Shown piece by piece: positions 1-12,227 of a DNA stretch of 64,000 nt. The stretch lies in the NCBI GenBank assembly GCA_035221665.1, contig CM069132.1:75268001-75332000 (forward strand). Direction: 5' to 3'. The notes beneath the pieces were generated by a model. That model searched no databases, was not told the origin of the DNA, and worked only from the letters and a program-made list of their open reading frames with translations. The position numbers and the translations under genes were made by a program. Position 1 is the stretch's first letter; every line of letters begins with the position of its first letter. This DNA is from Okamejei kenojei. Lineage: Eukaryota.

Positions 1-356
1 TAGGACATGAGAGCAAGGGAAAGGAGCGAGGGAGAGAAAAGGATGAGATGAGGTGTCTCATTCTCTCAACCGTGAAAAGAAAGATGTCATGGAGGAAGAG
101 AGAGAGTGAGATAATGTTGCGAGGAATAAATGAGGGAGAGGGAACATGAAAATAAAAGAGGGGGGGGAGAGACATTGAAAGTAAAAATGAGAGAGGCTGA
201 GAAAGTGAGTGGAAGCGCAGAGGTGAGGGAGAGAAAGGGGGAAAGAAGGAAGAGAGGGGGAGAGAGAGAGAGAGCAAGAGAGAGCACAAGAGAGAGCAAG
301 AGAGAGAGCAAGAGAGAGCAAGAGAGGGAGGGAGAGAACAAGAGAGAGAGAGCAAA

Positions 357-403
<47 letters not shown>

Positions 404-450
404 GTAGATGGAAAAGCAGAAGAAAAAATAGGAAGATGGAGAGAGGATGA
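1..450. repeat. Polypurine low-complexity tract ending in (GA)n microsatellite
   Basis: Almost only A/G; GAGAGCAA units at ~270-360 and (GA)n at ~360-400. Confidence 0.95.
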
Positions 451-631
451 ATAAATTATTGCTTTGATAAGCTAGGATTTATTAGGTCTTTGGTAAAATG
501 AATCTTCAAATATATTTTAATAGTTGATACGTTTTTCCTTAATTTATCATTTAAAATGTTCTTGGCAGACATTTGGAAAAAGTAGAAATAAGAGACATCA
601 CAGCATATTTTTTATTTTGCTTTACTGTCAG

Positions 632-760
632 ATAATAACTGAAACTCTCTTGTCCTCTTCTGGTTTGCGTTGTTTTTACATTTGTGCAAAAACGGTACTG
701 GATGGCGCTACGATGTTTTGCTACCATACTCAGCGTCCTCCTGTGCTCCAAGCACACCAA
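632..760 (+). CDS. Candidate internal exon of unnamed host gene (IITETLLSSSGLRCFYICAKT...)
   Basis: Polypyrimidine acceptor ttttattttgctttactgtcag; only frame 0 is open; donor uncertain (694 ACG|gtactg or 760 CAA|gttttg, both phase 0). Confidence 0.3.
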
Positions 761-819
761 GTTTTGTTCTGATCGGTGGAATGTTACTAAACTTATGAGG
801 GTTTAAAAATCCTTCCAAT

Positions 820-2202
820 GTTCAATAGATTCAGGATCAGTTCCTGTGGATTGTAGGATAGCTAATGTTATCCCATTTTCCAAGAAAGGAGTGAGAGAGG
901 AAACGGGGAATTACAGACCAATTAGCCTGACTTCGGTGGTGAGAAAGATGCTAGTCAATTATTAAAGAGCTAATAATGGAGCATTTGGACAGAAGTAAAA
1001 GGATTAGTCCAATTCAGCATGATTTTATGAAAGGAAAATCATGCTTGACTAATCTTCTGGAACTTTTTGAGGATGTGACCAGTAAAATGGATGAAGGGGA
1101 GCTAGTGGATGTAGTGTATCTAGACTTTCAGAAAGCCTTTGATAAGGTCCCGCACAGGAGACTGGTGACTAAAATTAGAGCACATGGTATTGGGGGTAGG
1201 GTGTTGACGTGGATAGAAAATTGGTTGGTAGACAGGAAGCAAAGAGTAAGAGTGAACGAGTCCTTTTCAGAATGGCAGGCAGTGGCGAGTGGAGTGCCGC
1301 AAGGCTCGGTGTCGGGGCCACAACTGTTTACCATATATATTAATGATTTGGAAGAGGGAATTAGGAGCAATACTAGCAAGTTTGCGGATGACACAAAGCT
1401 GGGTGGCAGTGTGAACTGTGAAGAGAATGTTAGGAGGTTGCAGGGTGACCTGGACAGGTTGAGTGAGTGGGCAGAAGCATGGCAGATGCAGTATAATATA
1501 GATAAATGTGAGGTTATCCACTTTGGTGGCAAAAACAAGGGGGCAGATTATTATCTCAATGGGGCTAGATTAGGTAATGGGGAGGTACAGCGAGACCTGG
1601 GCGTTCTTGTACACCAGTCATTGAAAGTTGACGTGCAGGTACAGCAGGCAATGAAGAAAGCTAATGGAATGTTGGCCTTCATAACAAGAGGATTTCAGTA
1701 TAGGAGTAAAGAGGGGGAATTTTATAGAAACATATAAAATTATAAAAGGACTGGACAAGCTAGATGCAGGAAAAAATGTCCCAATGTTGGGCGAGTCCAG
1801 AACCAGGGGCCTCACTTAGAATAAAGGGGAGGCCATTTAATACTGAGGTGAGAAAAAACTTTTTGGGGAAAACAAATGGTCGGCACGGACTGGAAGGGCC
1901 GAGAGGGCCTGTTTCCATGCTGTAATTGTTATATGGTTATATGGTTTTTCACCCAGAGAGTTGTGAATTTGTGGAATTCCCTGCCACAGAGGGCAGTGGA
2001 GACCAAATCACTGGATGGATTTAAGAGAGAGTTAAATAGAGCTCTAGGAGCTAGTGGAATCAAGGGATATGGGGAGAAGGCAGGCACAGGTTATTGATTG
2101 GGGATGATCAGCCATGGTTGCAATAAATGGTGGTGCTGGCTCTAAGGGCCGAATGGCCTCCTCCTGCACCTATTTTCTATGTTTCTATCTATGTTTCTAT
2201 GT
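820..2202 (+). mobile_element. CR1-clade (HER1-like) LINE, 5'-truncated, with RT fragment and 3' tail
   Basis: ORF 976-1737 has QHDF..GKSCLTNL, LDFQKAFDKV, GVPQGSV and KFADD motifs; internal deletion after YRSKE; 3' (TTTCTATG)-type tail. Confidence 0.95.
1866..1944 (+). mobile_element. ~80-bp 3' tail of a second CR1 family nested in the first
   Basis: ggggaaaacaaatggtcggcacggactggaagggccg...ttatatggttatatgg matches 41209-41300 and the reverse complement of 39227-39310; it splits the host aaaaacttttt|tcacccagagag. Confidence 0.85.
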
Positions 2203-2769
2203 AAGATCAGCAGATTGGTCTTCTCTCCTGTCGGTCGTCGGGATGGCAATGCCCCTTCTGGCTTCCGCTGTCAATCACCAGGGCAAGTAGAATAAAGCCC
2301 CAGAGTCCAGAAGCCACCCAGAAGCCATTCAGAAGCCTTCCCAAAGTCGTCCTGAAGCAATCCTGAGCCCGTGAGTCCCGAGTCCGTGAGTCCCGAGTCC
2401 ATGAGTCCCAAGTCCATCCCGAGTCCAGAAGCCGCCCCGAGTCAGGGAGCCCCGAAGCCACCGCCGAGTCAGGGAGCCCGGAGTGCGGAGCGGCCCGGAG
2501 CCTGGCCGACTGCGAGGCCGACTGCTGCAATCTCAAGATCCTGGGGAAGTGAGGTGTGAATATGGGGGATTGAGGGAGCCAGGCGCTGGGGTGGCCAGGT
2601 GATGGTGGGGCACACCACACCCGCCCACACAACCCCTCCCACCTACACCTCCACAACCCCTTCACCTCGCACACCCCACAGCAGCTGCAGGCCACAGCAG
2701 CGGTAGGCCATGGCAGCGCTCCCCATTCCCCCACTGGCACTCTCCTGAATCCATCCGTCTCCCCTGGCT

Positions 2770-3495
2770 ACAGAACACTCACCCCCTCGCTGGCTTCCGC
2801 CTGAAGCCATCCCCGTCCCCGGCTACATGACGCTCCCGCTGGCCCCCACCTGAAGCCGTCCCACTCCGGTTGCAGGATGCTCCTGACAGCCCCCGCTTGA
2901 AGCCGTCCCCATCCCCAGCTGCAGGATAATCCCCCCCCCCCCCCCACACCGGCCGCCCGCCTGAAACTGTCCCTGTCCCCACCTGCAGGATGCTCCCCAC
3001 CGACCCCCTCCTGAAGCCGGTGGGGAGCGGCAGTGGTAATGCCAGCAGTTTCCTGGCTGCCGGATACTCTACCCTCCCCCACCGGCTCAGATAGTCCCCG
3101 CCTGTAGCTGTCCCCCTCCCCGGATGTAGGATGCTCCCCCCCGACAACCCCCTCCTGAAGCCGACCCCATCCCCAAGCTGCAGGACGCCCCTACCCCAGC
3201 TGCAAGTCGTTCACACCCCACCTGCCCCTGATGGCCCCTGTCTGAAGTTGTCCCCCTCCCTGGCTGTAGGACACTCCCCTGGACCCCCGACAACCCCCGC
3301 CTGAAGCCGTCCCCCTCCCCTGGCTGCAGGCTGATTCCCCCACCAGCCCACGTCAGCCCCCACCTGAAGCCGTCCACCTCCACTGGCTGTTGGATACTTC
3401 CCCCAGCAGCTCCCGACAGCCCCCACCTGAAGTCGCCCTTCTCCCCGGCTGCAGGATGCCCCCCCGACAGCCCCCACCTGAAGCCGTCCCGCTCC
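2770..3495 (+). repeat. GC-rich minisatellite (~55-65 bp units, core CCTGAAGCCGTCCCC...GGCTGCAGGA)
   Basis: About a dozen degenerate units; the reverse-complement array occurs at 46500-46860. Confidence 0.9.
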
Positions 3496-3824
3496 CTGAC
3501 TGAATGTTGACTTCTAAGGTAAATTCTCATATTTTCTTCAAGTTAAAGTTTGACCACTCAATAACGTCTCTATATTAAAATGGTGTGTATTTTCTTTCAC
3601 CTACCACAAAGAGACATCGAGCTGCAGTGACCAGCAGAATGCAACAAGAGAAGCGAAATGAAAGAACTGAACTGAATAAACCTCATCTTTAACGTTTAAA
3701 TTGTTGTTGTACTTTAAGAGTAATTCACATTTTAAGCTTTAATAAATCCCTTTTCCATGCCTTGCCCATCAGCTGCGCCTGTGCAGTAATACCTGCGTGT
3801 TCTACATCACAATGACCATATGGT

Positions 3825-4470
3825 CACTGGATCTCTATATCAGCAAAACAAAAGAATTGATTGTGGACTTAGGAAGAGGAAGGTTGAGGATCCGCAATCC
3901 TGTTTCCATCAATAGGATGATGGTGGAGTGAGTAAAAAAAAAAATCAAATTCCTGGGCGTGCATATTTCCGCGGATCTTTCCTGGACCCAGCACACTGAA
4001 GCAATAATAAAGAAAGCACATCAATGCCTCTACTTCCTGAGAAGATTACGGAAATTCGGTATGTCAAAGCGGATTCTCTTGAACTTCTAAAGGTACACAG
4101 CAGAGAGCACACTGACATTGCATCGTGGCCTGGTTCGGTAACTTGAATGTCCAGGAGCGGAAAAAACTGCAAAATGTTATAAACACTGCCCAGGCCATCA
4201 CTGGTTCTGACCTCACCACCATCGAAGGGATTTATCATAGTCACTGCCTCAAAAAGGCAGCCAACATCATCAAAGATCCACACCATCCTGGCCACACACT
4301 CATCTCACCACTGCCATTGGGAAAAAGGTACAGGAGCCTGAGAACTGTAACACCCAGGTTCAGGAACAGCTTCTTCACTACGGCCATCAGGCTGTTGAAC
4401 ACTACAACCTCATATGCTCTGAACTACAATTGATTTTTATTATTATTATTGCACTGTTATTGTTTGTTCT
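3825..4470 (+). mobile_element. Rex1/Babar LINE 3' fragment
   Basis: ORF 4125-4433: WFGN...KAANIIKDPHHPGH...GKRYRSL...RFRNSFF..AIRLLN, typical Rex1 ORF2 C-terminus. Confidence 0.85.
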
Positions 4471-5363
4471 TTTTGTTCTGGGTTGAGGGGGAATGGAGTG
4501 AGTGCATGGGGGAGATGGCAAGGGGTGGAGTGGGGGGGGGGGGGTTGAGGGGGATCAGGAGCGCCACAGGAACCCATCAGCCACGCCTGTGCAGTTGGGA
4601 GCTATGGGAGAGTGGTGGAATATTGTGTTGGGGGACCGGGCGTCCCAGGTGACAATGGGACCCAACGGGTCCCACTTTGTCTAGTATCTTTTAACAGTAA
4701 TGTTTGTGGGTCCATCCCACTTAACATGTTATAAACTGCAAGTCTGAGTCTTCATGGGAAAGAAATTGAGGACCATTAATGTAGTACATTAATAGATAAG
4801 TGTCCAGTCACCATTGGCAGTGTGATTAACTGTGGAGATGATACCGAATGTGGAAAAGGTTTTTAAAGACTGAAGTTAGATTGTCATTTAATATCTTGAA
4901 TGAGAAATTCATTCTTAACACATCTGTAGTATAGGAGGTGCATTACTCCTGTCTGAAGGTGTGTGATAACAGGCTAAGAACTTGGAATATGGCTTGCTTT
5001 GTGTAAGAAAAGTCCTTAATTGATCCTTTTGTGGAAAATAACGTTGGTAGTCTGCAATCGCTAAACATATAATTGAATTTTATTGTAACGGTCATCAGAT
5101 TATTATCTGGAGGATTTATTTTTGTGCTTTTTAATTAATACAAGTATTAACTTTTAATTCAAAGTATACAAAGCCCTGTTTACTGGATAGTTTTGCTACA
5201 TCACTGAGGGCACCACACACGCACTGTTGTATGTTTCACGTGTTATATCAGCTGGCAACCACCGTAACTATTTTAAAACTGCACCACATTAAGGATTGTA
5301 TAATACAATATGACCAGTCGCTTTCTGGATTGTTGAAACTGTTTGTGTAGAACTTGCCATGAG

Positions 5364-5442
5364 TCCGAAGAAGGGTCTCACACCCACTTCTCTCCTGAGA
5401 TGGTGCCTATCCCGCTGAGTTACTCCAGCATTTTGTGTCTAC
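5364..5442 (+). mobile_element. 79-bp Penelope-tail mini-insertion with 11-bp TSD
   Basis: CTTGCCATGAG at 5353-5363 and 5443-5453 flanks (t)ccgaagaagggtctc...ctgagttactccagcattttgtgtctac. Confidence 0.85.
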
Positions 5443-5569
5443 CTTGCCATGAGGCACCTGGCTGTGTGAAGTAAATGACGGAAATAATGTCCCATATCTC
5501 TATAAGCTGTTATTTAATAGATTGATCTTTCTTGATTTTTGATAATTCAATAGATCCTTTTTGTTGTAG

Positions 5570-5667
5570 CCTGAATTTCCGACTATTTTCATCACCTTAG
5601 GGAGAGAGGAAAATGTACTGGCCCCATTATGTTTACATCAGATAGCGAACTATCCAAGTGCAATGAT
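5570..5667 (+). CDS. Candidate host exon (PEFPTIFITLGREENVLAPLCLHQIANYPSAM)
   Basis: Acceptor tttttgttgtag; single open frame; weak donor GAT|gtaaac gives phase 2, matching the next exon. Confidence 0.25.
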
Positions 5668-5900
5668 GTAAACCAGTTGGCTCACCACTCACATCATGGG
5701 GCTAATGGGAAAAGGCTACATATGAACATAATGCTTTTCCTAGATGAAGTAAATAATTCTCTTGGTGACTGCATTGTTGCAAACAGATGTGCACACTATT
5801 AAGATGTAACTATCCTTCACACTGCATTTTTCTGTGGAAATTAATTCGGAGGCTGTTGTGGCTTTGCCACATTGTCTTTTTTTCTTTGGTCTTTAAGCAG

Positions 5901-5938
5901 ATTCAGACTTTATGAGTCTGTGCAATCTGCTGAATGCA
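5901..5938 (+). CDS. Candidate host exon (FRLYESVQSAEC)
   Basis: Strong acceptor ttttctttggtctttaagcag and donor GCA|gtgagt; phase 2 to 1, fits exon 7699. Confidence 0.55.
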
Positions 5939-6249
5939 GTGAGTGGTGGGATTTCTGAATGCAAATGTATAATAGACAGCACATTGTGAGAGGTGATCTC
6001 AGTACTCTGATTGACATGTCAATGTACACTGTTGATTCTTTATCTCTTTGTTGCTGAAACAATCAGATGAAAAGCAGAGTAAGTTGGATCACTGTTTATT
6101 GGTTATCTGGAACAAGGTTGAAAATGCTTGTCTTTACCGCCATGGATGAGCTTTGGAAAGGAATGCTCATTTTCATCAGCATTGTCAATTGAAACATCAG
6201 CACCAGGCAATGGGAAGCTAAAAACAAACACATAGAATCAACATGGAGC

Positions 6250-6475
6250 ATAAGTTCCCAGATTCTAGGAGCAGAATTAGGCCATTCAGCCAGTCAAGTC
6301 TACTCTGCCATTCAATCATGGCTGATCTATCTTTCACTCTCAACCCCAATCTCCTGCCTTCTCTCCATAACCCATGATAGCCTTACCAATCAACAATCTG
6401 TTAATCTCCACCTTAGAAATAACCATTGGCTTCCACGGCCCTCTGTGGCAATGAATTCCACATTGTTACCACAGT
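6250..6475 (-). mobile_element. CR1 LINE 3' tail fragment
   Basis: aggagcagaattaggccattcagcc...ccattcaatcatggctgatc is the reverse complement of the CR1 tails seen elsewhere in the window. Confidence 0.75.
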
Positions 6476-7323
6476 CTAAGGTTATGTAGAATGCATTATG
6501 CAGAGGGAGCTTTGTTCTAGATGGTGAGTGAGGCAGAATGGAGGATGGCAGGTGGGATGGGTCAAAGGGTGGTTTGCAATGGAGAACATGTGGGCTCTGG
6601 TGGAGGGAAATAAATGTAGCCTTTTCTAATTGGCCGCGGGATATGAGTGGTGAAGCAAATGGCACACACGATTGTACTTGGCCAATGGCTATGTGGAGTC
6701 TGGACAAAGAGCAGTAGCGATCGGATATGTTCCATGTGCAGGTCAAGGCTTGTCGAGATCACTGGAAGGTGCACTGTAAAGTTCAGTGCCAGGTGTCAGT
6801 TACATTCACAGCAGATGTAAGAGAAAGATTGTTGTATTTGCATTTACGTGTTTATGCCAATATTAGGCCAACACACATTTATTCTTTATTGTAAAGTAAG
6901 ACTTGTATTTAGACTGCACCCTTTGCAGCTATGAAGTAACATAGCCAGTGAAATAATTTGGAGTCTCATTCTTGTTAAGTAGGCAACACGGGATAGCAAC
7001 TGGTGTCACAGAAAATGACTGATTTCCCCTTCCCTAAGACAGAATAATAGTACTGCAATCACATTTGATGTGACAGGTCATAAAACATGAGTAAAAGCAA
7101 TGAGTTCTCAATTAATGTGAAGGAATGTCTCAAACGACTTCAGAACAGTTTTGATTTGGAATGAGAGTCCTCCAAACCCTCTGAGAATGGTACAATGAAA
7201 ATTTCCATTCTCTTCTGGCTGCCAAGGACCCATATGAAGTGATTTTGGGCACATCTTAGCCCAGTTGATATATCGCATGATTCTGTCCATGACATGGCAC
7301 TAATTGGTACGGAGCTGTCATAC

Positions 7324-7352
7324 CTTGTCAGCAAGGCCACTGAGACGACTGG
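7324..7352 (-). other. Candidate 29-nt minus-strand exon
   Basis: Minus strand: ttttttattccttatag|CCAGTC...GACAAG|gtatga; both splice sites are strong. Confidence 0.3.
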
Positions 7353-7698
7353 CTATAAGGAATAAAAAATTCATATTGGTGCATCTTGGGTTGCTGCTAG
7401 GTTGAATTAAGACACATGATCAGGACAGTGGAAAGGCAGAGTGGTGTTCCTTGCATTTGGTTGTAAACTCCATGCAAGTGACAATCAGAACCAAGGTGCT
7501 AAGGAGTTGTACTCTGCAGTGCTGACAATTTTCACACTGATGAGCGTGCACTAAAAATACAGCCCTGTCACTTATTACAATTTTAACTTCTAGAAGCTTA
7601 ATCAAACGGTTCTGAAGACATAATAATGCTCAACTCAAATATACTAATGATGTTTTTAATGATGATTAATTTATGTTTTTGTTCCATTTATTTTTTAG

Positions 7699-7796
7699 CT
7701 CCATTTTCTGAAAAACACAGGATACTTTACAAACAGGATTCAGTCCCCAAACTTCTTTCTGTAAAACGTAATACCTCAGACCCTGAAACCTTTAAG
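7699..7796 (+). CDS. Candidate host exon (PFSEKHRILYKQDSVPKLLSVKRNTSDPETFK)
   Basis: Acceptor ttccatttattttttag, donor AAG|gttcgt; phase 1 to 0. Confidence 0.55.
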
Positions 7797-8324
7797 GTTC
7801 GTGTGGTTCTTCATCTTGTGCTTCTTGCACATTCCTGATTTTCATCACTTCTCCTCTGGCAGCTGTGCCTGGAAGAGGTATTGGGTTTGGAATTCTCTTC
7901 CTAAACCTTTGTGGTGCACCACCTCTCTTTCCTCCTTTACGGCAGTCTCTCAAACCTCTCTTTGAACATGCATCCTTACTGACCCTTGACTTCCTCTAAT
8001 CCATGACAACACAAACTGGAGAGGAGCACTCAGGATTGTATTGAGAATTGTGAGACCATACCTTGGGTGCCCAAAGAAGCTCCCCATAAGCAACCCACCT
8101 ACTTACCCTGTCTAGCCACCCCCGAGCTAGTTTATGGACGTGTCCACAGTTCTCCTCAGCTGCTTTAGAACTCAAAGTAAAGTAAAAGATCCATCCAAGG
8201 AATCTCAGAAGTAGAGGAGGAAGAAGAAAAAATAGGAAATGTGACAGTTTGGCAAGAACGACAACTACGTTTTGCAACTTATTTTATTCTCAAAATAGCT
8301 TCTTAGCTCACAGGTTCTTACAAC

Positions 8325-8470
8325 ACGTCTGGCCACAACGGTGGTCAGCACTCAACTGCCGTGCGAAAGCGAAACCGCGCGGAAAACCAGCGGCCCCTCC
8401 TGAGTCACGTGACCGCGATTTCCGAACACCGGGTTCGATACCTGCGTGCGCCAGCAGACGCCACTACAAC
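8325..8470. promoter_or_regulatory. CpG-rich promoter/enhancer-like patch
   Basis: Local CpG excess in non-repeat DNA; TGAGTCACGTGAC (AP-1 overlapping palindromic E-box/CLEAR, 8401-8413); B-box-like GGTTCGATACC (8432-8442). Confidence 0.45.
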
Positions 8471-8489
8471 AGACAACTTATGTTCAGCA

Positions 8490-8815
8490 AAGAAGATAGA
8501 CCTAAATTACTGGAGTAACTCCACGGGACAGGCAGCATCTCCAGATGGAGGGAATCGGTGACGTTTTGGATCGAGAACCTTTGTCAGACTGAAAGGCAAG
8601 CGAGAGGGAAACAAGAGATATGGAAGGATAAGGTGTGAAAACGAGATATCAAAAGGGACGAACATCATGGAAAACGTAGAATGGATCATTGTTAGCTAGG
8701 GAAAGCTGACAACGAGGCACACAATGTAAAATTTAATCAGGAGGATAGACAGACTGGGCAGAGAACTAGGATAGGGGAGGGATGGAGAGACTAGGTTGGG
8801 GGAGGGATGGAGAGC
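8490..8815 (-). mobile_element. Penelope terminal-repeat (tail) fragment
   Basis: ctggagtaactc..gggacaggcagcatctc...gacgttttggatcgagaacctttgtcagactg matches the tail of the 34406-35955 element. Confidence 0.8.
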
Positions 8816-8989
8816 AAGCTCCATTAATATCGATCAGAGAATAACAGAAAATGAGCAGTGTAAAGATGGTTGGTCAACCAATCATCTCTTTCCCAGTTGA
8901 AAAAGATCTAAATCAGTCCTACTTTCAAGCATTCTGCCTCTACCGCTGTAGCTCTACCCGTTGGCTTTTTCACACATTTATACATTTAA

Positions 8990-10295
8990 ATCAAGAGGGT
9001 AACCAGAAGAAAGGGTAGGACCTCTGAAGGATAACGGAAGGAATTTATGCTTCGATTCAGGGGATGTAGGGAGGTACTAAACTAATATTTTGCATCTGTT
9101 TTCACCATGGAGAAGGACACGGAGGACAATGGAATGCTGATCCAGAAGATTACGATGCATGGGATTACCAGTGATTTGTTAATCTGGATTCATAACTATC
9201 TTACTGAATGGAGTCAGAGGGTTGTGGTGGAGAGACCTGTGATGTTTTGCAGGGATCTGTGCTGGGACCTCAGAGGTTTGTGATATAGATAAATGACGTG
9301 AATGTAAGCGTAAATGGGCTTGTTCGTAAATTTGCAGATGTCACCGAGATTTCCGGGATCGCAGACTGTGAGGAAGGCTGTCAATGTATACAGTGGGATT
9401 TGGATCAGCCATATGGATAAAGCAGCACGGCGGCGCAGCAGTAGAGTTGCTTCCTTATAGCGCTTGCAGCACCGGGTTCGATCCTGTCTATGGGTGCTGT
9501 CTGTACGATCCCCCTGTGACCGCATGGGTTTTCTCCGAGATCGGTTTCCTCCCACACTCCAAGGACGTGTAGGTAAATTGGCTTGGTATAAGTGAAAATT
9601 GTCCCAATTCTGTGTTGGATAGTGTTAATGTGCGTGGATCGCTGGTTGGTGCGGACTTGGTGGGCCGAAGCGCAGGAACATTAAATATGGAATTAATGGC
9701 AAAACCTTTAACGTCATTGATGTACAGAGTTATCTTTGGGGTATGCTTGCCTTCATGGTTGGGGCATTGTGTATAAGAGTCAAGAAGTTATGATCAGCTT
9801 TATAGGACTTTGGTTCGGCTGCATTTGGAGTATTATGTGTAGTTCTGGTCTCCCTATTACAGGAAGGAAGCAGAGGCTTTGGAAAGGGTGCAGAAAAGAT
9901 TTACCAGAATTATGTCTGGATTAAGGGGTATTAGCTACAGGGAGAGATTGGACAGGCTTGGATTGTTTTCTCAGGAATGTCGTAGGTTATGCCCTGATAA
10001 AGGAATACAATTACGAGAGGCATAGATAGATAAGGACAGAACCCTTTTCTCAAGGTGGAAATATCAAATACTAGAAGGCATAGCTTTAAGGTGAAAGCTA
10101 TTTTTTTACACGTAGGTGCATGTGTGCCTGGAATGCGCTGCCAGGTGGTAGAGACTGATGTGATAGTGAGACTTAAGACACTTTTGTAGAGTTACCTGAA
10201 TATGCAGGGAATGGAAGGATATGTGAAGACAAATAAGAATTGGTATTGGCATCATGTTCGGCACAGCCACTGTGGACTGAGGGCCTGTTCCAGTG
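8990..10295 (+). mobile_element. Old, degraded CR1 LINE interrupted by a V-SINE
   Basis: Remnants of KFAD, HLEY.V.FWSP and the 3' UTR; many indels. Confidence 0.7.
9420..9670 (+). mobile_element. tRNA-derived V-SINE (HE1-like)
   Basis: A-box ggcgcagcagtagag, B-box gggttcgatcc, V-domain-like gggttttctcc..cggtttcctcccacactccaa. Confidence 0.85.
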
Positions 10296-11261
10296 CTGTG
10301 CTGTTAAGTGCATATCCAAGTGTTTATTTAAATGTAATGAAAGTTTCCGTCTCAACCACCCTTCATGGCAGTGAGTTCCAAGTCAAATTCTACAAAATTG
10401 ATAAGCAAGTTTCTTTTGAGGTTGTTGAACTTCAAATTAGTTCAATTAGCCTAGGTCCGAGGTGGTTTCCAAAGCCTATGCCTCTTCCAGCACGGCACAG
10501 CTGCCAAAGGTGAAATGAGGAAAATCAGGAATATGTTAATGTCCAGGCTTGGAGAAGCGCAGGAACATTAATGGCTGGAGGGGCTGAGGATTATACAGCT
10601 CTCATAAACGTGTTTGGGGACAGTCCAGTCTGAAAGTTGCCCAAATTGAGTTAAAAAGGTCAAATCACTCCACTGTGGATTTTAAATTCAGGTGATTAAA
10701 TAAATCAGGATTAGAAAGTGAGTGGTAGTCATGGTGACCATAAACTGTTTATCTCCAGAGCTACACAAAAAAATGGCTGCCACTTAACCACACTCTGAAA
10801 AGGCCCAGTGAACCACACTCATTTAATTGGAGATGGACAATAAATTCCCTCTTCTCTATAATACTCAAATCCTGCAAATGTATAAAAGGTGTAGTCAAGT
10901 TGCCAACTCAATACGTAGGGGACATTTATCAATAACACCAGTATTTCACGATACTGATTTAGGGAAGTTCACAGGTGCATATGCAGCTTATGTTTTTTAC
11001 TTGGCTGCAATTATAATTTGGTGCATTTTAATTATTTTCTTTTGTGTTGATGTGAAAGAGAAAAGAAATTACGTCAAAAAGGCAGCCAAGAATTTGGGAG
11101 ACGCAAATGATGGAGAATTTACTTCAATCTATACTTGCACCACAACAGCACTAATATATTTTTTTGGGAAGGCAAACGGCTGTTGTTTTCTTGGACCAGA
11201 AGCCATTGATCACAGGGCAGTATGATTACTTTTGAAGCTTGTTTCACTTTGACCTGAATAG

Positions 11262-11372
11262 CTTTTCAGCTGCATCACGGAGGGGTACATCAGAGCCAGC
11301 GCAACTGGATTTATGTCTGTGGTGTCATTGGCGTGTACTGATGAAGTACTGTATGTGGGCACTGAGCCCAAG
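11262..11372 (+). CDS. Candidate host exon with GC donor (LFSCITEGYIRASATGFMSVVSLACTDEVLYVGTEPK)
   Basis: 111 nt, phase 0 to 0; acceptor tttcactttgacctgaatag (alternative ttttcag at 11269); donor AAG|GCAAGT matches the GC-AG consensus. Confidence 0.5.
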
Positions 11373-12227
11373 GCAAGTTCCCAGTCAAAGAAAAGATTGG
11401 AGAGTATGCTGCTTCAAGGAACTAACAAAGAGTCTGGCAATGTATTACAATCTTTCCTTTGTTCTCTGAAACAGCAGCATCAAATTGCAATTATTTATTT
11501 ACAGTATATCGATGCCTTTCTTACACCTTAGTTTATTTGTAGTGTCCTTGAAGTAACCTCTACCTTCTTCCCACTGTAATAATAAAAAATCTGATCTTAT
11601 AATATGCTGAATTCAACTGTACCCTCTGGGCAGCTAAGCTGAGTGACAGTGGGTCAGACTGACAGACAGACTCGCATTTCTATCGAGTCTTTGGTAGGCG
11701 GAGCATGATTAAAATTGTCTTGGCCCCATTGTGTCTTCAGAAATCTCTTTGAAACCTTCCATTATTTATTGGAAAACTACTCGCTGTTCTTTATATCATC
11801 TTTTCTTTCCCCTGTATATATTGATTCTATTACCTCATATTTGAATCTTCTTCTGGTTAATTAGGATTGTCTTAAGGAATACATTAATATAACAAATTGC
11901 AGTTCACTATATTCCCCACTTTTCTCCTTATTTTAGTTTCTGCGTCTGTAACTTGCCATGACAGAACATGGTTTAACAGGACAGGAATTAATTACTGCTT
12001 GCCTGCGTTAAACGTGCTCTACACTGTATTCAGCTTCCCAAACCTGGCACAGTTGACTTCAAATCATGCCTGTAGGACTAAACAACTAGAAGTAAGCAGG
12101 AAATGATCAACTGGGCAATTGCTGTCTGCTTCTGTAGTTGTTCAGGGATGGCAGGTGTCATTGCTAAGATTGACTGGTTTACTTAGGTCATGAGGTGATG
12201 GGGATCTGGGTTCACTTGATTTTTCAG

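Larger units (their letters stand above)
2205..4684 (+). mobile_element. Non-autonomous Helitron (5' end not seen) with GC-rich minisatellite and nested Rex1
   Basis: 3' hairpin GGGACCC-AAC-GGGTCCC (4657-4673), then CTAG (4681-4684)|T; 2210-2280 resembles the near-5' region of the 56784-58339 Helitron. Confidence 0.7.

Noticed and set aside
58-450. ORFs rich in R/E or L/S
   Set aside because: Translations of a GA microsatellite.
2207-3530. Several overlapping G/P/R-rich ORFs
   Set aside because: Stop-poor GC minisatellite, with no domain signal.
8415-8452. tRNA gene (GGTTCGA T-arm ending in CCA)
   Set aside because: No A-box/D-arm or acceptor-stem pairing upstream; kept only as a B-box-like motif.
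9420-9495. tRNA genes at SINE heads (also 33965, 43905, 49505, 50498)
   Set aside because: Each continues into a V-domain and LINE tail, so they are SINEs.
10827-11225. 132-aa ORF with a hydrophobic stretch
   Set aside because: Non-ATG start, AT-rich intron-like composition, begins in a repeat remnant and has no clear splice boundaries.
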